In this document: positions 24,058 to 36,854 of the stretch, piece after piece
How positions within the stretch are numbered: the stretch's first letter is position 1
How the letters are laid out: every line of letters begins with the position of its first letter
DNA from: Catajapyx aquilonaris
Lineage: Eukaryota
NCBI GenBank assembly: GCA_000934665.2
Contig: KZ538266.1
Location: 1 to 64,000, forward strand
DNA length: 64,000 nucleotides
Direction: 5' to 3'
Translations under genes and position numbers: made by a program
The notes under the pieces: model-generated
What the model was told of the DNA's origin: nothing
The model's database searches: none
What the model saw: the letters and a program-made list of their open reading frames with translations, nothing else

Positions 24058-26747
24058 GATGATTGTGTCGGGGGGTTGTTGTTGTTTAAAAAATTCCTCC
24101 GGTGCACTGCACCCACTCCTTGCACTAGACCTTTGCCGAAGGTTCCCTGGGAACGACAAACAAGCAAGGACGCCTAGATGAAAATTGGTCGCAAAACAAG
24201 CGTGGCCCTCACTTTAAAGATCCAGCCAGCAATGCGTATATACACAGCACAGCAGCCCTGGCCTTGGACAAGGTTGCGATTGCATTTGGCCAGGATGAGG
24301 TAATACTGGGGCGTGTGGGTGCAGCCCTCCACAGCATGCTGGTGGAATTTCTGGCTCCTGATGGACCCCATCATGGCTCTCACACTCACTCACCCTAGCT
24401 TCCTGAAGCAAGCAAACAAGCGGAAGATTCTGTTTGCTGGCTGGCTGGCGACTCCAAAGAATATAGGTCGGAGGGGGGCTTGATCCAGATGCTGCGTAAA
24501 AGTGGTGGTTGGTCTTGAGATTTTTAGTTCGTGGGGGATCCAACCCCACCCCACCCACTTAAAGCAGAAGCCTCCAGGGGCTATAAGCGACAGCTCGCAA
24601 CGTCCAAGCTATTTTAGGCACACCCCAATTGTCATGTCACGCTCCCCGTGTAATTCAGACACAATTGCGGCATATGCTGCGCTACCGGGTCTTTGTTGTC
24701 AATCATAATTCGGGCTGTGGTTATGCTCTCAGCCTCTATGTTAAACGCCATACAAACTGAACGAGAACTAAAATGAACAGAATCAATAATTAATTCAAAA
24801 ATGTTGCTGCTGTCAAATTGGCCGGTTAAACATGGCGGATTAAACCGGATGTTAATGAATGGAAAACCGTGGAAGATTTCCAGGTAGGGCGCCAAAGCAG
24901 ACTTTGTTGTGAACGTTCTACGATTGGTCGGCTATTCTTGCGCATATCCCGAATAGTTCGGATTCAAACGCAGTAGTCGGCCTACATTCCAAGGTGTGTT
25001 TTCTACGCAGCAAAGACACGTGATATGCAAATTTGGTTGATTGCGACTATGGTGGACGAAGAGGTTTGTTTGCTCCAGCAACAGCAATTATTGTTGAGCT
25101 GTTTCACCAGCAGAATAATCAGGAAAAAAAATTTGCAATCCAGGAGTCAACCTTGGCGACGAATCACATTTATTTATCCTAAAAATTCCTTCCTGTTAGG
25201 CCGAATAATCGTGGGTTACGTCATGTGTGGTGGGGCTCATATGTTTTGTGTTGTTTTTTTTTTGGGTGGGTGGGTTGACAGGAGGCGTGGCTCGATGCCA
25301 AAAAGTAAAGGCGAAATAAAGAAAAATGTGTGTGTGGTAGCGGGCAGAGGTTGCGCACAGTGTTTACTTGGCATTTGTTGCCCGTCTTAACAAGCGCAAG
25401 GCTGAAAGTTTGAAGATTTTTTTTCTCTCTCTCTCTCTCTTTCTCCCCCACTATTTTATGAAGAGGGGGTGGTAATAAGCAAGCGGCTGTATAGCTCGTT
25501 AGCGGGCCTTGATTCGAGTTAGAAGCGGAAAGGCACAAAGTGGCTTCGTCTCTGTGGGTGTGGCATAAACATGGCTACATACACTCTGACAGGAAAATGA
25601 GGACACCGAATCTGCTGCAGTGTACTAAAGGGTAGGGGGGTAAATCAGAGTGGCTGGCCACTCAACTTTCAAGTGCAGGCCTACATCTGATAGCTAGTAA
25701 TCATTTTCTCGCGAGGAATTTTAAAAAAGAGGTAAAGATCAAGGTAGCAACAAGAAGTGTTGGATGTAAATTTGGCTCATAAACTTGCAGGGGGTCATAA
25801 TTATCATAAGTGATCTTTGGTCGCAGCCTCTGGCTTTTTCAAGCCTCTAAGAACAACAGTCCTTGGTCTGCCACTCCTTCACACCACCTTGATCTTTGTG
25901 TACATATTGTTTTCCATCTTTAAAAACAAGCCTTTAGATCAATATTGTGCTGCATAATTGACCTGCCCTCCACTTCCTTATCTGCTTAAAATTAGTTAAC
26001 AAAATTATTGTTTTGAAGCTAAGCTGGAAGTCACTATGTGATCGCTTTGTATGCATGGGTTTCTCTAAGTGAACCAACAACAATAACAGTGCTATTGAGA
26101 GATTTACGTAATCCATCTCAATGCCATTCATGAGTTTAGGCAACAAGTGTGACGTACACATGACTGTTTCGCATCTAACAGGTTGCCTTAGTAATCAGTC
26201 CATCAATTCTCTCCCCTCATAATCTGTGCTTCACCCTAGGTATAATTAAGCCATTCTCATATTGTACTTTTTTTCATTTGCAGTACTTACTAACAAGCCT
26301 CATAGAGCTAAACCAATATAATGCACATTGTTTTAAAGTAATTTCATAAGTCATGTTACACTGCTCATAATAATCTTTTACGTATACACAATTCAGGCAT
26401 TCTGGAACAATTTGAATCGCATCAAATAATTATGCATTATTTTTGAAAAGGTTGGATCGCGTGTGTAAAGCAGGAAATAAAGTTCTTGTCCTTTTATTTA
26501 TTACACCCTGGAAGAGTTTGTACACTTTATACAGCTCGTAGATCCTATCATTTACAAACTTAATCTCTCACATCATCTCTTTCCCCTTCTTTAGCTGATG
26601 AATTAAGGCAGTGTATACAGCGATGCGCTCTACTTGCTTGGTTCTGGCATCATCTGATGCGGAGTGGTTTGTCCACACCACTACGTCGCGTATACAGCAC
26701 AGCGCAGCATTGTTGGCATGTGGTCCGGTCTCTTCCTTTGTTGATGA

Positions 26748-28859
26748 TCAGAAGAGGGAAGGAGGGAGGAGGAGGAGGAGTGGGAGGAGGAGGAAGAACA
26801 AGGATCCGGCCGCAGGGGACGGGGAGGCGTCGTCGGGGGCGCCCGTCGTCGTCGACGTCGGAGGCGCCAGCAACCTCTGACAGTTAGCCGCCTGTAAACA
26901 CGACCGCACACGTCCCATTAACCTCGACTTGACCTCGATTACACCACAGAGTCGTGGCACAAATGCAGGGCATTATTGAACAGGAAGTTGACCACAAGTT
27001 TGGAAGTGGGAACCATTAAGGGGGGTGTGATCGATTTCAATTAGTCTTGCTTTCCAAAAGGAAGCCTTACTACTACTGCTCGCTAGAACATGGGGCTTCA
27101 GTGCTGTTGTTAAAGTGGCCAGATTCCAGTCACCACTCACCTCATACTCCTTCCTGAAATCTTTTATGGCGTTAGTGTAGTCATCAACGTGGGACCCTTT
27201 AGCATGCTCCTTCCTGAACTCACTGCAGTCCAGGGAAGCCTGCAACGCCCTGCAACCACAAGAGAACTCATGCACGTATATCTCATGTACTCTAATGCAC
27301 TTTCAATAAAACATACTGCCCTCTTCCCATGCATGATTGCCCAAAGAGTATGAGGAAAAAGAGTCAAACTGGAGGCTTGTATGCGTGTGACCATGAACCG
27401 TCATCATGCCACAGTGCATCAGTTGCAGTAAATGCATGATCTTTGCAATGTACTGTAATCAAAACCGTTTATCTTGTATAAACCGTCAATCACAGCTTTT
27501 TTCTCCCTCAAGGACAAACCGTGCTAATTATGTAGCCGACTAGTTGAGATTTATGCAAGGGCCTTTAATGGCTACGTCGATAAATACTGTATACATTTGG
27601 GAAATTAATAATCGACGCTGTTTGTTGCCACTTTGGTGAACGGGTCATGTACTTTCAGGTTGCCCCCGGAACTGTGGGCGGAATTTACCTACATAACCGA
27701 TCACCAATAAAATTGAGTGTTAGAAATACTCAGTGATGAAATGAAAGTATAGAGTGATGATATTGTTACAATTCAAAACTGGAAATAGCATATCTCAATA
27801 TTTGATTATACCGCACATATCCGGCGTAGCTTACATCTTTTCAAAGAAGAGGATTCAAGGTTTTTAACCCTGTAATGCCACTAATCTAAGTAATGCCCAC
27901 TGGGTCATATCTGGCACACCATTTAGTGCAATTTTTGCAACTTTTGCAATTTTTATATTTTCTGTAAGTGTGCCAAATTGCACTAAATGGTGTGCCAGAT
28001 ATGACCCAAGGGGCATTACAGGGTTAAATTCTTTGGGTAGGGCGACATATTTCTATGCACATGCTTGAACCGACAAAATCAACAACACAACATTTCCCTA
28101 TAAAAATTTATTACTTCATAAATCCATTTGGATCGTTGACTACCCCTCACAGGGAAATGTCGTGATGCTAATGATGATGACGACTTCATATAAATAAGTG
28201 TAAAACGTCATTATTTTAGTGTTATGACATAATAAGTAATAAATAACTGAATCGAGTGGATGTTGCAGTATTAGCAGCTACTATATATTTGAAACGCGTG
28301 ATTCAAGCAAATGCTTTAAAAATAATCGCCATATCAGGTAAGAAAATAGATGGACAGTAAAGCTTGGCTGAGTCATGGATTGCAAACTCTGAACACGCGA
28401 CTATTGTTTGTAATATTGCTACCAGCAAACAACAACAAGTATCAAGCACTTGTTACGAATTTACTATCGCTCACCCACACGCAGCATAATTAGAAACAGA
28501 TAAATAGTTGCAGCCAGCGAACACTCTTAGCTACTTCCGCTATCTATAACTGTGAAGTGACGTCAGCAGAAACCCGGCAGTTCAAATTAACTCCCCAGCG
28601 TCCTTCTCCAAACATTTTATTTGCAATCATTTTTACCTGCATAGTCCCACCTGGTGCTCCTCTGTTGCCTGTCCATTGGTCTTTGCCAGGAGGCTCTGCA
28701 GGAGCAACATGTCCCCACACGCTTTTGGGTCCTCATAGGCGTCTCCATTCGCAGACGCAACCGCTGGAGATGAGCCCAAATATCAAAAACAAATCAAACA
28801 TGACTCTCGAGTGTGCACATACCTGCCAGAAGTGAGGCCAGCACCAGAAACGCCTTCAT
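26748..28859 (-). CDS. Paralog 6: secreted, putatively GPI-anchored 4-Cys protein with P/T/S stalk, 138 aa
   Basis: Exons 28859-28823, 28763-28637, 27249-27141, 26891-26748. Protein: MKAFLVLASLLAAVASANGDAYEDPKACGDMLLLQSLLAKTNGQATEEHQVGLCRALQASLDCSEFRKEHAKGSHVDDYTNAIKDFRKEYEAANCQRLLAPPTSTTTGAPDDASPSPAAGSLFFLLLPLLLLLPPSLF*. Confidence 0.9.
27868..28023. mobile_element. piggyBac-type MITE (TTAA TSD, CCCT...AGGG ends) in intron 2 of paralog 6
   Basis: TTAA|CCCTGTAATGCC ... GGCATTACAGGG|TTAA, plus a subterminal inverted repeat of about 33 bp: GGGTCATATCTGGCACACCATTTAGTGCAATTT / AAATTGCACTAAATGGTGTGCCAGATATGACCC. Confidence 0.85.
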
Positions 28860-30014
28860 CGAGGTCAAGTGGGTCAGTTTTTTTCCCCTTCCAAAGAAAT
28901 GTCCGGAGCAGTGGCGAAAAGAGCAGCTTCCTCAACTTCCTCCTCAGCATCAACTATGAAGCCAGGACTACACAACGAGGCAACGCCGCCGCCGCCTACC
29001 TCCAATCACGTGCGGCCCTCTCCACAGTCGCTGCTAGCTGCTCTTCCTCTCAGTTTCCGCCCAATTAAATGGGCCACACCCACCATTTGGACCGGAGAAA
29101 GCTTCGAAAAACCACACCTGACAAACTACTGATCAAATAGTTTGGGTCACTACCCCCTAGTGTTGACCCACTTCAAAAAAAAAAAGATGCGAATGTAACC
29201 ATGTACTGTGTGCCCCGCCTACACATGAATTTTGGCGCCAGAGTCAAGGATGCATCCTGTGATGTAACGTGGGAATGAGTCCAGAAGTCGAGTCAAGGCT
29301 GCCAATTTACTAGGAAGGTTGTGTTTATTCCCGCCCAAAAACTGCTGGCATTTCGTCCCGGATGCAAAAGGAAAAAACCGCTGATCGATTACGACGGATT
29401 CCGGATGGTTTTATTGCGTGCGTGTTACATACAAAGTTTTTTTAAAAACAAAAACCACGCCGGATAATTCACTTATGGAGAAAACATTAGGTAAACCATG
29501 TCGGACCACTTGCGCAGTGAAGATTATGTGGACGACCTGCGCATGAGCGGTGCTTTTTAATTAGTCACAATGGGCACATATCGGATTCATAAAGAGGTGC
29601 AAGTTTACGACAGTTTTTTTGTGTGTATATCTGGCTAGAGATTATAAGAGGCATTTATGTGGATAACAATCTAGATTTAAGTACATGTTGCATCAGTGTT
29701 ATGAAGTTTATCCCTCGAAACTTAAAGTACAAACCCTGAACCAGACCAAAAAAACTGACATGCCATTTTTTGTGAATCCAATGGCAGATGTTCACATTTG
29801 TTTTTTTGGTACAACCCGGGGCCTAAACGGAAGCCAAAAACGCAATGAAAAAGTAGTGTAAACTACACCTTGCTTGAAAATCCAGCCCAAGATAATGTGA
29901 CATTTCCTTTCATTTACGTTGGTCACATGAGTATATCGCAAGGGTGCCATGTTAATCCCGTTTTAAAGTGATTTTAGTTGCACAACACTTTGTCTAGATC
30001 CTTCTGCACTATGT

Positions 30015-31038
30015 TCATAGATCATAGATCCGGTAGAGAGCAGACACGAGGCCAAAGGGCAGCAGGGCGAAGGAGAAGGTCAGCGAGTTGGAGGCATCCT
30101 TGTAAGCAGAGGGTTTGCCCACTTCGTTGCACCCACTTTCCTGGAAAAGAGGAAATGCCTCGTTATATACTATATACACACATTTTTATTTCCACGTGTG
30201 CAGACATATTTCTGTTGACATGTGTCAGTCATCACGGTGCACTTACGTCGTACTTTCTCTTGTAATGTTCCTTGTCGTGCTGGTAAGCGTCCTCGATGCT
30301 TCCTGTGCCATAATGGTACCTCTTTCCTAGACTGGCACACTCCACCTCGGCTCGAAGATACCTGCCAAAATGTTATCGCAAATGTCTCAAACTGACAGGA
30401 AGATTTCGCCAAAAAAAAATCTTCTTATCTGACCTGCACTTAATCGCCTTTCGTTCCTCTTCGGTATGGGCATTATTCCATTCCAACTGAAGCTCGTGAG
30501 CTACTTGGCACAAATCGGCCTGAGCTGGCCTTTCCTCATATGGTAACGCCGCTGCACTCCATGACAGGTACACCATACCTGTACATGATAAACAAAAATT
30601 GAACTGATAATTCTGAACCCAAAATTCATCTTATAGAAAAGTGATTTGTCCACAATCGATTTTAAATATTAAATTGGCACGCGTTCCTTTTGAAGTGCTG
30701 CTCCTTGTTGAGCGACAACAATTAACTCGAATATGACTCCAGCATTTTAAGACTGACGCAATGCCAATATTTTCAAGCCCACAATTATTCACATATGCGA
30801 TTGCGACGCACGGCAACAAGGACAGCCTCCACTTTTTAAATATAGGTCGGAGCTGCATAAAAATAGCAAATAAATGGCCCAAAGTAGGCCGCCACAGAGA
30901 TTTAGCAACAACAACATCCTGGTCCAGAATCCCACCTAGCAATGCAGGAATAATTAATCGGCTGGCAAATTAGCACCACTCGAAGACACGAAGGTGTTGC
31001 ATACCTGTCAGGATCACGGCCAGAAGAGCTGCCTTCAT
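30015..31038 (-). CDS. Paralog 7: secreted, putatively GPI-anchored 4-Cys protein, 139 aa
   Basis: Exons 31038-31005, 30578-30434, 30361-30247, 30140-30015. Protein: MKAALLAVILTGMVYLSWSAAALPYEERPAQADLCQVAHELQLEWNNAHTEEERKAIKCRYLRAEVECASLGKRYHYGTGSIEDAYQHDKEHYKRKYDESGCNEVGKPSAYKDASNSLTFSFALLPFGLVSALYRIYDL*. Confidence 0.88.
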
Positions 31039-34000
31039 TTTTAAGGGGAGGCTGATCACTAATGTCGTCTCTCCTTTAACTTAAAATGCAGACTGACTAT
31101 TCCATCGAGGCGTAGATGCGTCAATGGCAATGCAAAGAGCTGAGATGAGCCAACCTGGACTGCGTGTTTAGTGCGGAAGGTGGAGGAAGGGTGGGTATAT
31201 CAGGGAGCAAATAGGGGGAATCACGTGGTTTAGAGTGTTACGACACAGAGAGTCTTCTTGATCTTCTTCCGGAGCACCTGCAGAGTGTTGTTGCCTCCTA
31301 CACGAAGCTAGGGGAGATATTCCAAAAGTGGGGTGCTCTGCTGCCAACGCTGCATTTCATCCAGAAACGACGCACTTACGCCACTGCCGCCCACTCACTC
31401 TTACTCTTACGGTCTGCTCCTTATATGCTAAAGCAAGCACAGTTTTACGTCTTTTTCGCCACATTCCGAGTAAAAACGGGGGTTGAAAGGGGGCAAGCTT
31501 CTGCATACTGTTTTTAGCCATGCAGTTGTAACATTCTGAGAAATTAACGGGCTGTAATGAGCGGAGGATGTACGTGAAGGAATGTTGCAAATAATATTGG
31601 CAGGTAGGTGCTTATTACGACGCAGTTATGTTGAGTGACTATCGAAAAGTTAGTAGCTTGAATTAGGTTGATTATAATCAGTGCCTGGTGACCACCACAA
31701 GGGGGTCTGCCAATTATTTAATGGCTGGGGGAGTTCCAGAGCTGACATTGAAACTAGTGAGTCATTCCCAATGGGGTCATTTACACGGACACGAGTACAG
31801 TGGACTCGGACCGCACTAGTTGGTTGCTGAGAATATTGTTATCAATAAGGAGATCCAAACTGATCACTTAATTGCATGTAAAAAGAACTGTAATAAAACA
31901 TCCGAAAGTAGCCTACCTGCAAAAGAAATATAATGTTCCATGAAATCATTTGTGCCTAAAATACAAGCAAATAGATGCGATTTGGCTAACAAGCTCAAAC
32001 GCGAAAACCCGCATGAGGCTGTTTTATTCCCCATCAAAGCTGATATTGGATCGGCCAGATCGCAGCACGGGGTAGGTCACTCCCAAGGGTCAGTTCCGTG
32101 AAAGCAAGTCAAGTCGATAGATTGAGTAGCTTTTCTGGTGCTTCACATTTCCCTCCCTCACGCTATAATATCGACCAGTCACAGCAGCACCTCTTTCTCT
32201 CTCTCTCTCTCTCTCCAGGGACACTAAAATGCCACCCATCTTGTGATGGCTGGTCGCCATTCCACTCACAAATTGGACGGCCTGCATAATGACCTCGGTC
32301 CTACCCTTTTTCTGCAGGTCCTTCCTACGATTTACGATCTAATCTACTTTTCCTGCTGGGTGCAACGATCTGATGGAATAATAAAAAAGGAGGAGTGTAA
32401 ATCATACGAGTTGCAAATCATCGCACACGTCGCATCAAGTCTGTTTTTAGCACAGTTATTCGCACTCAAACAGGGATTGCCGTGCTTAGCCTACTAAAGG
32501 AGATAATAGTATACCTTTTGGGTGATTGGCGGATTCCTTGACCTGGTTCCGTAATGGTGCCAAAATGCGTCAAAATTGTGCTTAAAAGGAGAAGTTGAAA
32601 GCAGAGAAAGATTTAAAAAAGCAAATCTGCTTGTTTAATAACCATTCGGATATTACTAATTAACATTGGCATCCAAAATCATCTCGAGAAAACCTGTCGC
32701 AGAAATATTCGAGATGATTCACTTGCTCCTTCCAGCCTGTATAACATGCGAGTCATGTCGCAAAGATGATTTGTTTTTATTGGCAGTGAGATGGAACGTG
32801 TCAGGCGTTGTGGCTAACTCCATTTTTGGGAGGATTATATCACTCAAATATAAGTACTATTGCGCAACATAACAAATGGGCGGAACTTGATACGCACATC
32901 GTAAACATAAACAATGTTGCTTCGAGCAGAATGGCGTGGCAATAACATTGTTTAGGCTGCTTTGTTGGCGCAATTGTTGTGTCACACGCATTATTATTCT
33001 CATTGTCCTTTCATTCATTTTCGTGATGCCCAACCTTTACTTCGGGGCACCCCCTCCCACGAGCCAAGTGGGTTTGGCCTTCAATCCGCAAATAACCTCC
33101 CATCTTGTCTCCTTTTCTTTTGCTCTTCCCTAAACACCAAAAGGGCACTCAAGGTCATGGTCTCACTACACACCTGTGTAATCTGGTACCAACTTTACCA
33201 ATCAGGTGGATGGACAACCTTCAATGCACTCGCTGGCATGGTAAGTAATGCAATTTCCTCCCCAGCTGATGTCGCGTGTCGTCTCAAACTCTGCAACAAA
33301 ACGATATACACACACAAAAAACCTTTTCGGCTGACATTTTGTGACATTTGAAGGAAGTGACTTTCAGAGCCGTTCTCCTTGTCATGTATTGTGTAGGAAA
33401 TGTCCCATGGAGAGCATCGGAGCAAATTGGAGAGGGGATGGGTCTCGTCAAACTGTGCAATGCAAGGCAATTCAGAATTCAATTACTCGGAATTGCTTCG
33501 TGAGGGCAATACCACTGCAACTGCAAGGACTATTGCGTGATAGCACAATATGGTGTTTGATGCATTGCACAGATATGCATGCTGCATGTGAAAAAGTACT
33601 CTGAATAACATAAAAAGCATTTCTGATTATCACTTTAATGACAATTTCCGAGTGAACAAAGTTGCGGATGTTTAAATCTAGAACGATAACATTCACAAAA
33701 TACTGAAAGCGTTTAGACACAGTCTCGCTATAGTTTCAAGGATTCGATATTGTACCAAAATGTACAGTTTATTATACCCTGAATAATTATAAATTCTCAG
33801 TGCAGTGTGGGAGTAATATCAGTAAAGTTGCCATTAAAGTTGAGAGGTTTGTAGATGGTGTGATTGGATTCAAAACTGTTGATTTGTTTGATAAATGGAC
33901 AGTACAAATGGCAAGAAGAAAATCTCATGCCCAAACATGTGAAGACCTGAAATGCTGAACTAACGGAGCCACACTGATTTCGAAATATTGTAATGAGGAA

Positions 34001-35159
34001 TTATTGAAGTTTGAAGTATTCATTAAGACTTGTGCAGCGAATATTTTCAACAAAATTAGTATTTAGGGCTGTAATATTCGAGGATTGTATTTTAAATTGC
34101 CTAACTCTGATTTGAAAATACGTAATTAATGTGACTAGGAGTGATCTTCATGTCAGTCTTGAAGTGTATAACAATGCATTGTTGCATCTAAGGGCTTCTA
34201 CTCTGAAGGGATTGAAAGCAAAAAAATCATTTTATAAATTTAATGTAAGTTCTTTTCTTTCGCATTTTTCTGAAGAAACAGCAGGACATTGGTGTAGAAA
34301 ATACTGTATGGCTAAAAATATGGTTTGAAATATTTAATTTTAATTTAGAAATATGTAAGGCGAAGAAGCTGATTATGCTCCTTATCTCTGCTGACTTCAA
34401 CTCTTCCTGGGATTACTTCTAAGAAAAATTTGTGGAATGGCATTATTTTGTCTTCAGCTCCTTCAAGTACATTTTTATCTCTATTAATCATTGTTCCAGG
34501 CAACAAGAAATTTAGTTTACAGATCTGAAATTACTTATCTCCTACAACATATTTAATAATAAAGTTGGCATGCAAAAATGGTGGGAAGAATTATTGTGCA
34601 CAAAATTGTCAACAAACTGTCTTCCACACTCAAGGTGGCTGACAATGTCTTGAAAAAAAAATTAAATTGACTCTGTGCACTTGTCATGACACAAGTGTTT
34701 TCTGGCTATGTCTCATGTCGGAAATTGCCCTACTCATGATGTACTAATTTAGAGAACAAGACACAGTCTGTTACCGTTACACTCTACACTAAACAACACA
34801 CACATATAGCATGGAAAACTACGTTTTCCGGTACTTATATCTTTCAGCATTAGGCTAAAATTACACCACTTATGCTTATACGTGTTTGCAGTGCGTTAGA
34901 CTCACTAACCCTTCTTTCCTAACTTTTTCCTCATTGCATCATACCCTCATCTGAATTTTGCCGTATTATTAGGTTAATTAAACTCCCATGATTCTGAGCC
35001 TTTGGAGAGATCAGATAACACTGCAACAGACACTCAGGAAAAACGAAAGAAGGAAAAAAAATGTTTAAAGAATCTATCCATTCCTGAAGTGAACATATTT
35101 TTGTGCAAGATTTCCGGGCACTTGATAGGTCAGTGGGACGTCACGACCGACGGAGACAT

Positions 35160-36854
35160 TTAGAAACGACGCCCAAGGACTGTGGCCACCACACCCACCA
35201 CCAAAAGATTCGCAAACGTCAGCAACTTCATTTCAGACGCCGCGCTGCATTCCTCCTAGAAAATTGCAATATTATTAGCACATAATATTATCGGAAACAC
35301 CAAAATCCGCTGTATAATACTTACCTCGTACTTCTTAGTGTTATCTTCTAGGTAGTGCTTGACATCTTCCTTCGCTTGACCTTCAGATGAGCCGTGGACC
35401 TTCTCCAAGCAATCGATGTACGTCTTCCTGGCCCTGTAATTAGTTTAAAATTAATTATATTGCCGATTATATACAAGTTGCCCCATTGACTTCTGAGGGT
35501 GTCCTAAAAATGTATTCTCAAGGAAACCTTTTAAAAAATGAGCTGAAACATATTTTGGTTTCAGAATTTTGCAATAAATCCTCATCTTTTGTTACATCTT
35601 GTGGTGCAGATGTACTTACGTGCAGAGCAAGGCCTTCTTGTCGGTTTCGTTGTGCTTGGAGGCCTTGGAAAATGCCGTGGTGTACTGGGTCGTGCATTCC
35701 CTGGCAACCTGTATGTCCAGCTGTCCCGTGCAAATTACTAGAAAATGACAAACATTGTGTTACAATGCCGCTTGAAACTTCTGTTCATTACTTAGGCTAC
35801 ATATATATTCATTCCAAGTACCGGGCCAATATATTCTCATGTTGACAAAATAATCATCAGAATCAGGTCAAAAGACATGACTTATGAGCTTCGTCACTTC
35901 AGCAATGCAAGGTCAAACGTGCATTAACATTTATATATAGCAATGATGCTATTGTGCACTAGTTCTTGGCAACGTTGCAGAGGAATTTCTCAATCATGAG
36001 GACTATACACATGCGACGGCGCCTGCAGACGGATGCTTCAAATGAGTCGGTTGACAACTACGTCAGAATTTTGCGTGCCACGCACTACTGATAATTTTAA
36101 TAATTTTTTGAACAGCTTTGCCAAAAATATGTTACATGAAATGTCACATAGGGCCATGGCTGCAAACTATGTGGAAGAAAAGACGAAGAAAAAAAAAATT
36201 AATTAAAGAGATGGATTTGCCATGTCCACTGCCACTTCCAGCCCTGTATAATCTGAGAGCCCGTAACGTCTCAAAAGCTTACGAGTTCGTGTCGGCGCAT
36301 TGACTGGAAACCACCCTTACGCTCCACTGCCTGATGGAAATTGGTGTCCTGGAAAAAAGCAGCTCAAACTACTCGCAGAACAAGAAAGACACATATAATG
36401 TCCTTGGGGTGCGCTTGAGAAACAAGAGCACTTGATGAGAATGTGACGTCACCTCCCCAACAAAGACAAGAAAGGTCAATTGGCTCTCATTCATTTCGGA
36501 CACATTTTTATATCGCTTTAATTTTCTGACTTTCATGCCTTCTTGAGCAGGTATTTTCGAGTCAGCTAGTGTACGTCTGGGGGCGCCAAAATTGAATTTT
36601 GTGCAAGGGGGTTTAGTGCTCAAGCGTGTGGATCATAGACCAAGGGCGTAATGAGGCCGTTCGCGTGCCGGAGTGACACTTTGGCACTAGATGGATGGCC
36701 AACCAGCGTGCATACCAAAATTTTCACCACCCAAACTGGCACCACCATGGCAACCCCCAACATTACCTCCAGGAGGTCACTGACACGGGTCACTACGCAA
36801 CTTACCCGCCAGGACAACAGCAACCAGGACAGAAAGTAGCACTCGTCCGGTCAT
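35160..36854 (-). CDS. Paralog 8: secreted, putatively GPI-anchored 4-Cys protein, 123 aa
   Basis: Exons 36854-36806, 35737-35620, 35433-35325, 35255-35160. Protein: MTGRVLLSVLVAVVLAVICTGQLDIQVARECTTQYTTAFSKASKHNETDKKALLCTARKTYIDCLEKVHGSSEGQAKEDVKHYLEDNTKKYEEECSAASEMKLLTFANLLVVGVVATVLGRRF*. Confidence 0.88.

Noticed and set aside
31200..35100. Possible additional paralog or pseudogene in the gap between paralogs 7 and 8 (exon-like stretches near 31250 and 32300-32370)
   Set aside because: I could not read a C-x8-C exon, a signal exon or a GPI exon there. These may be 5'UTR exons, but that cannot be supported from sequence alone.
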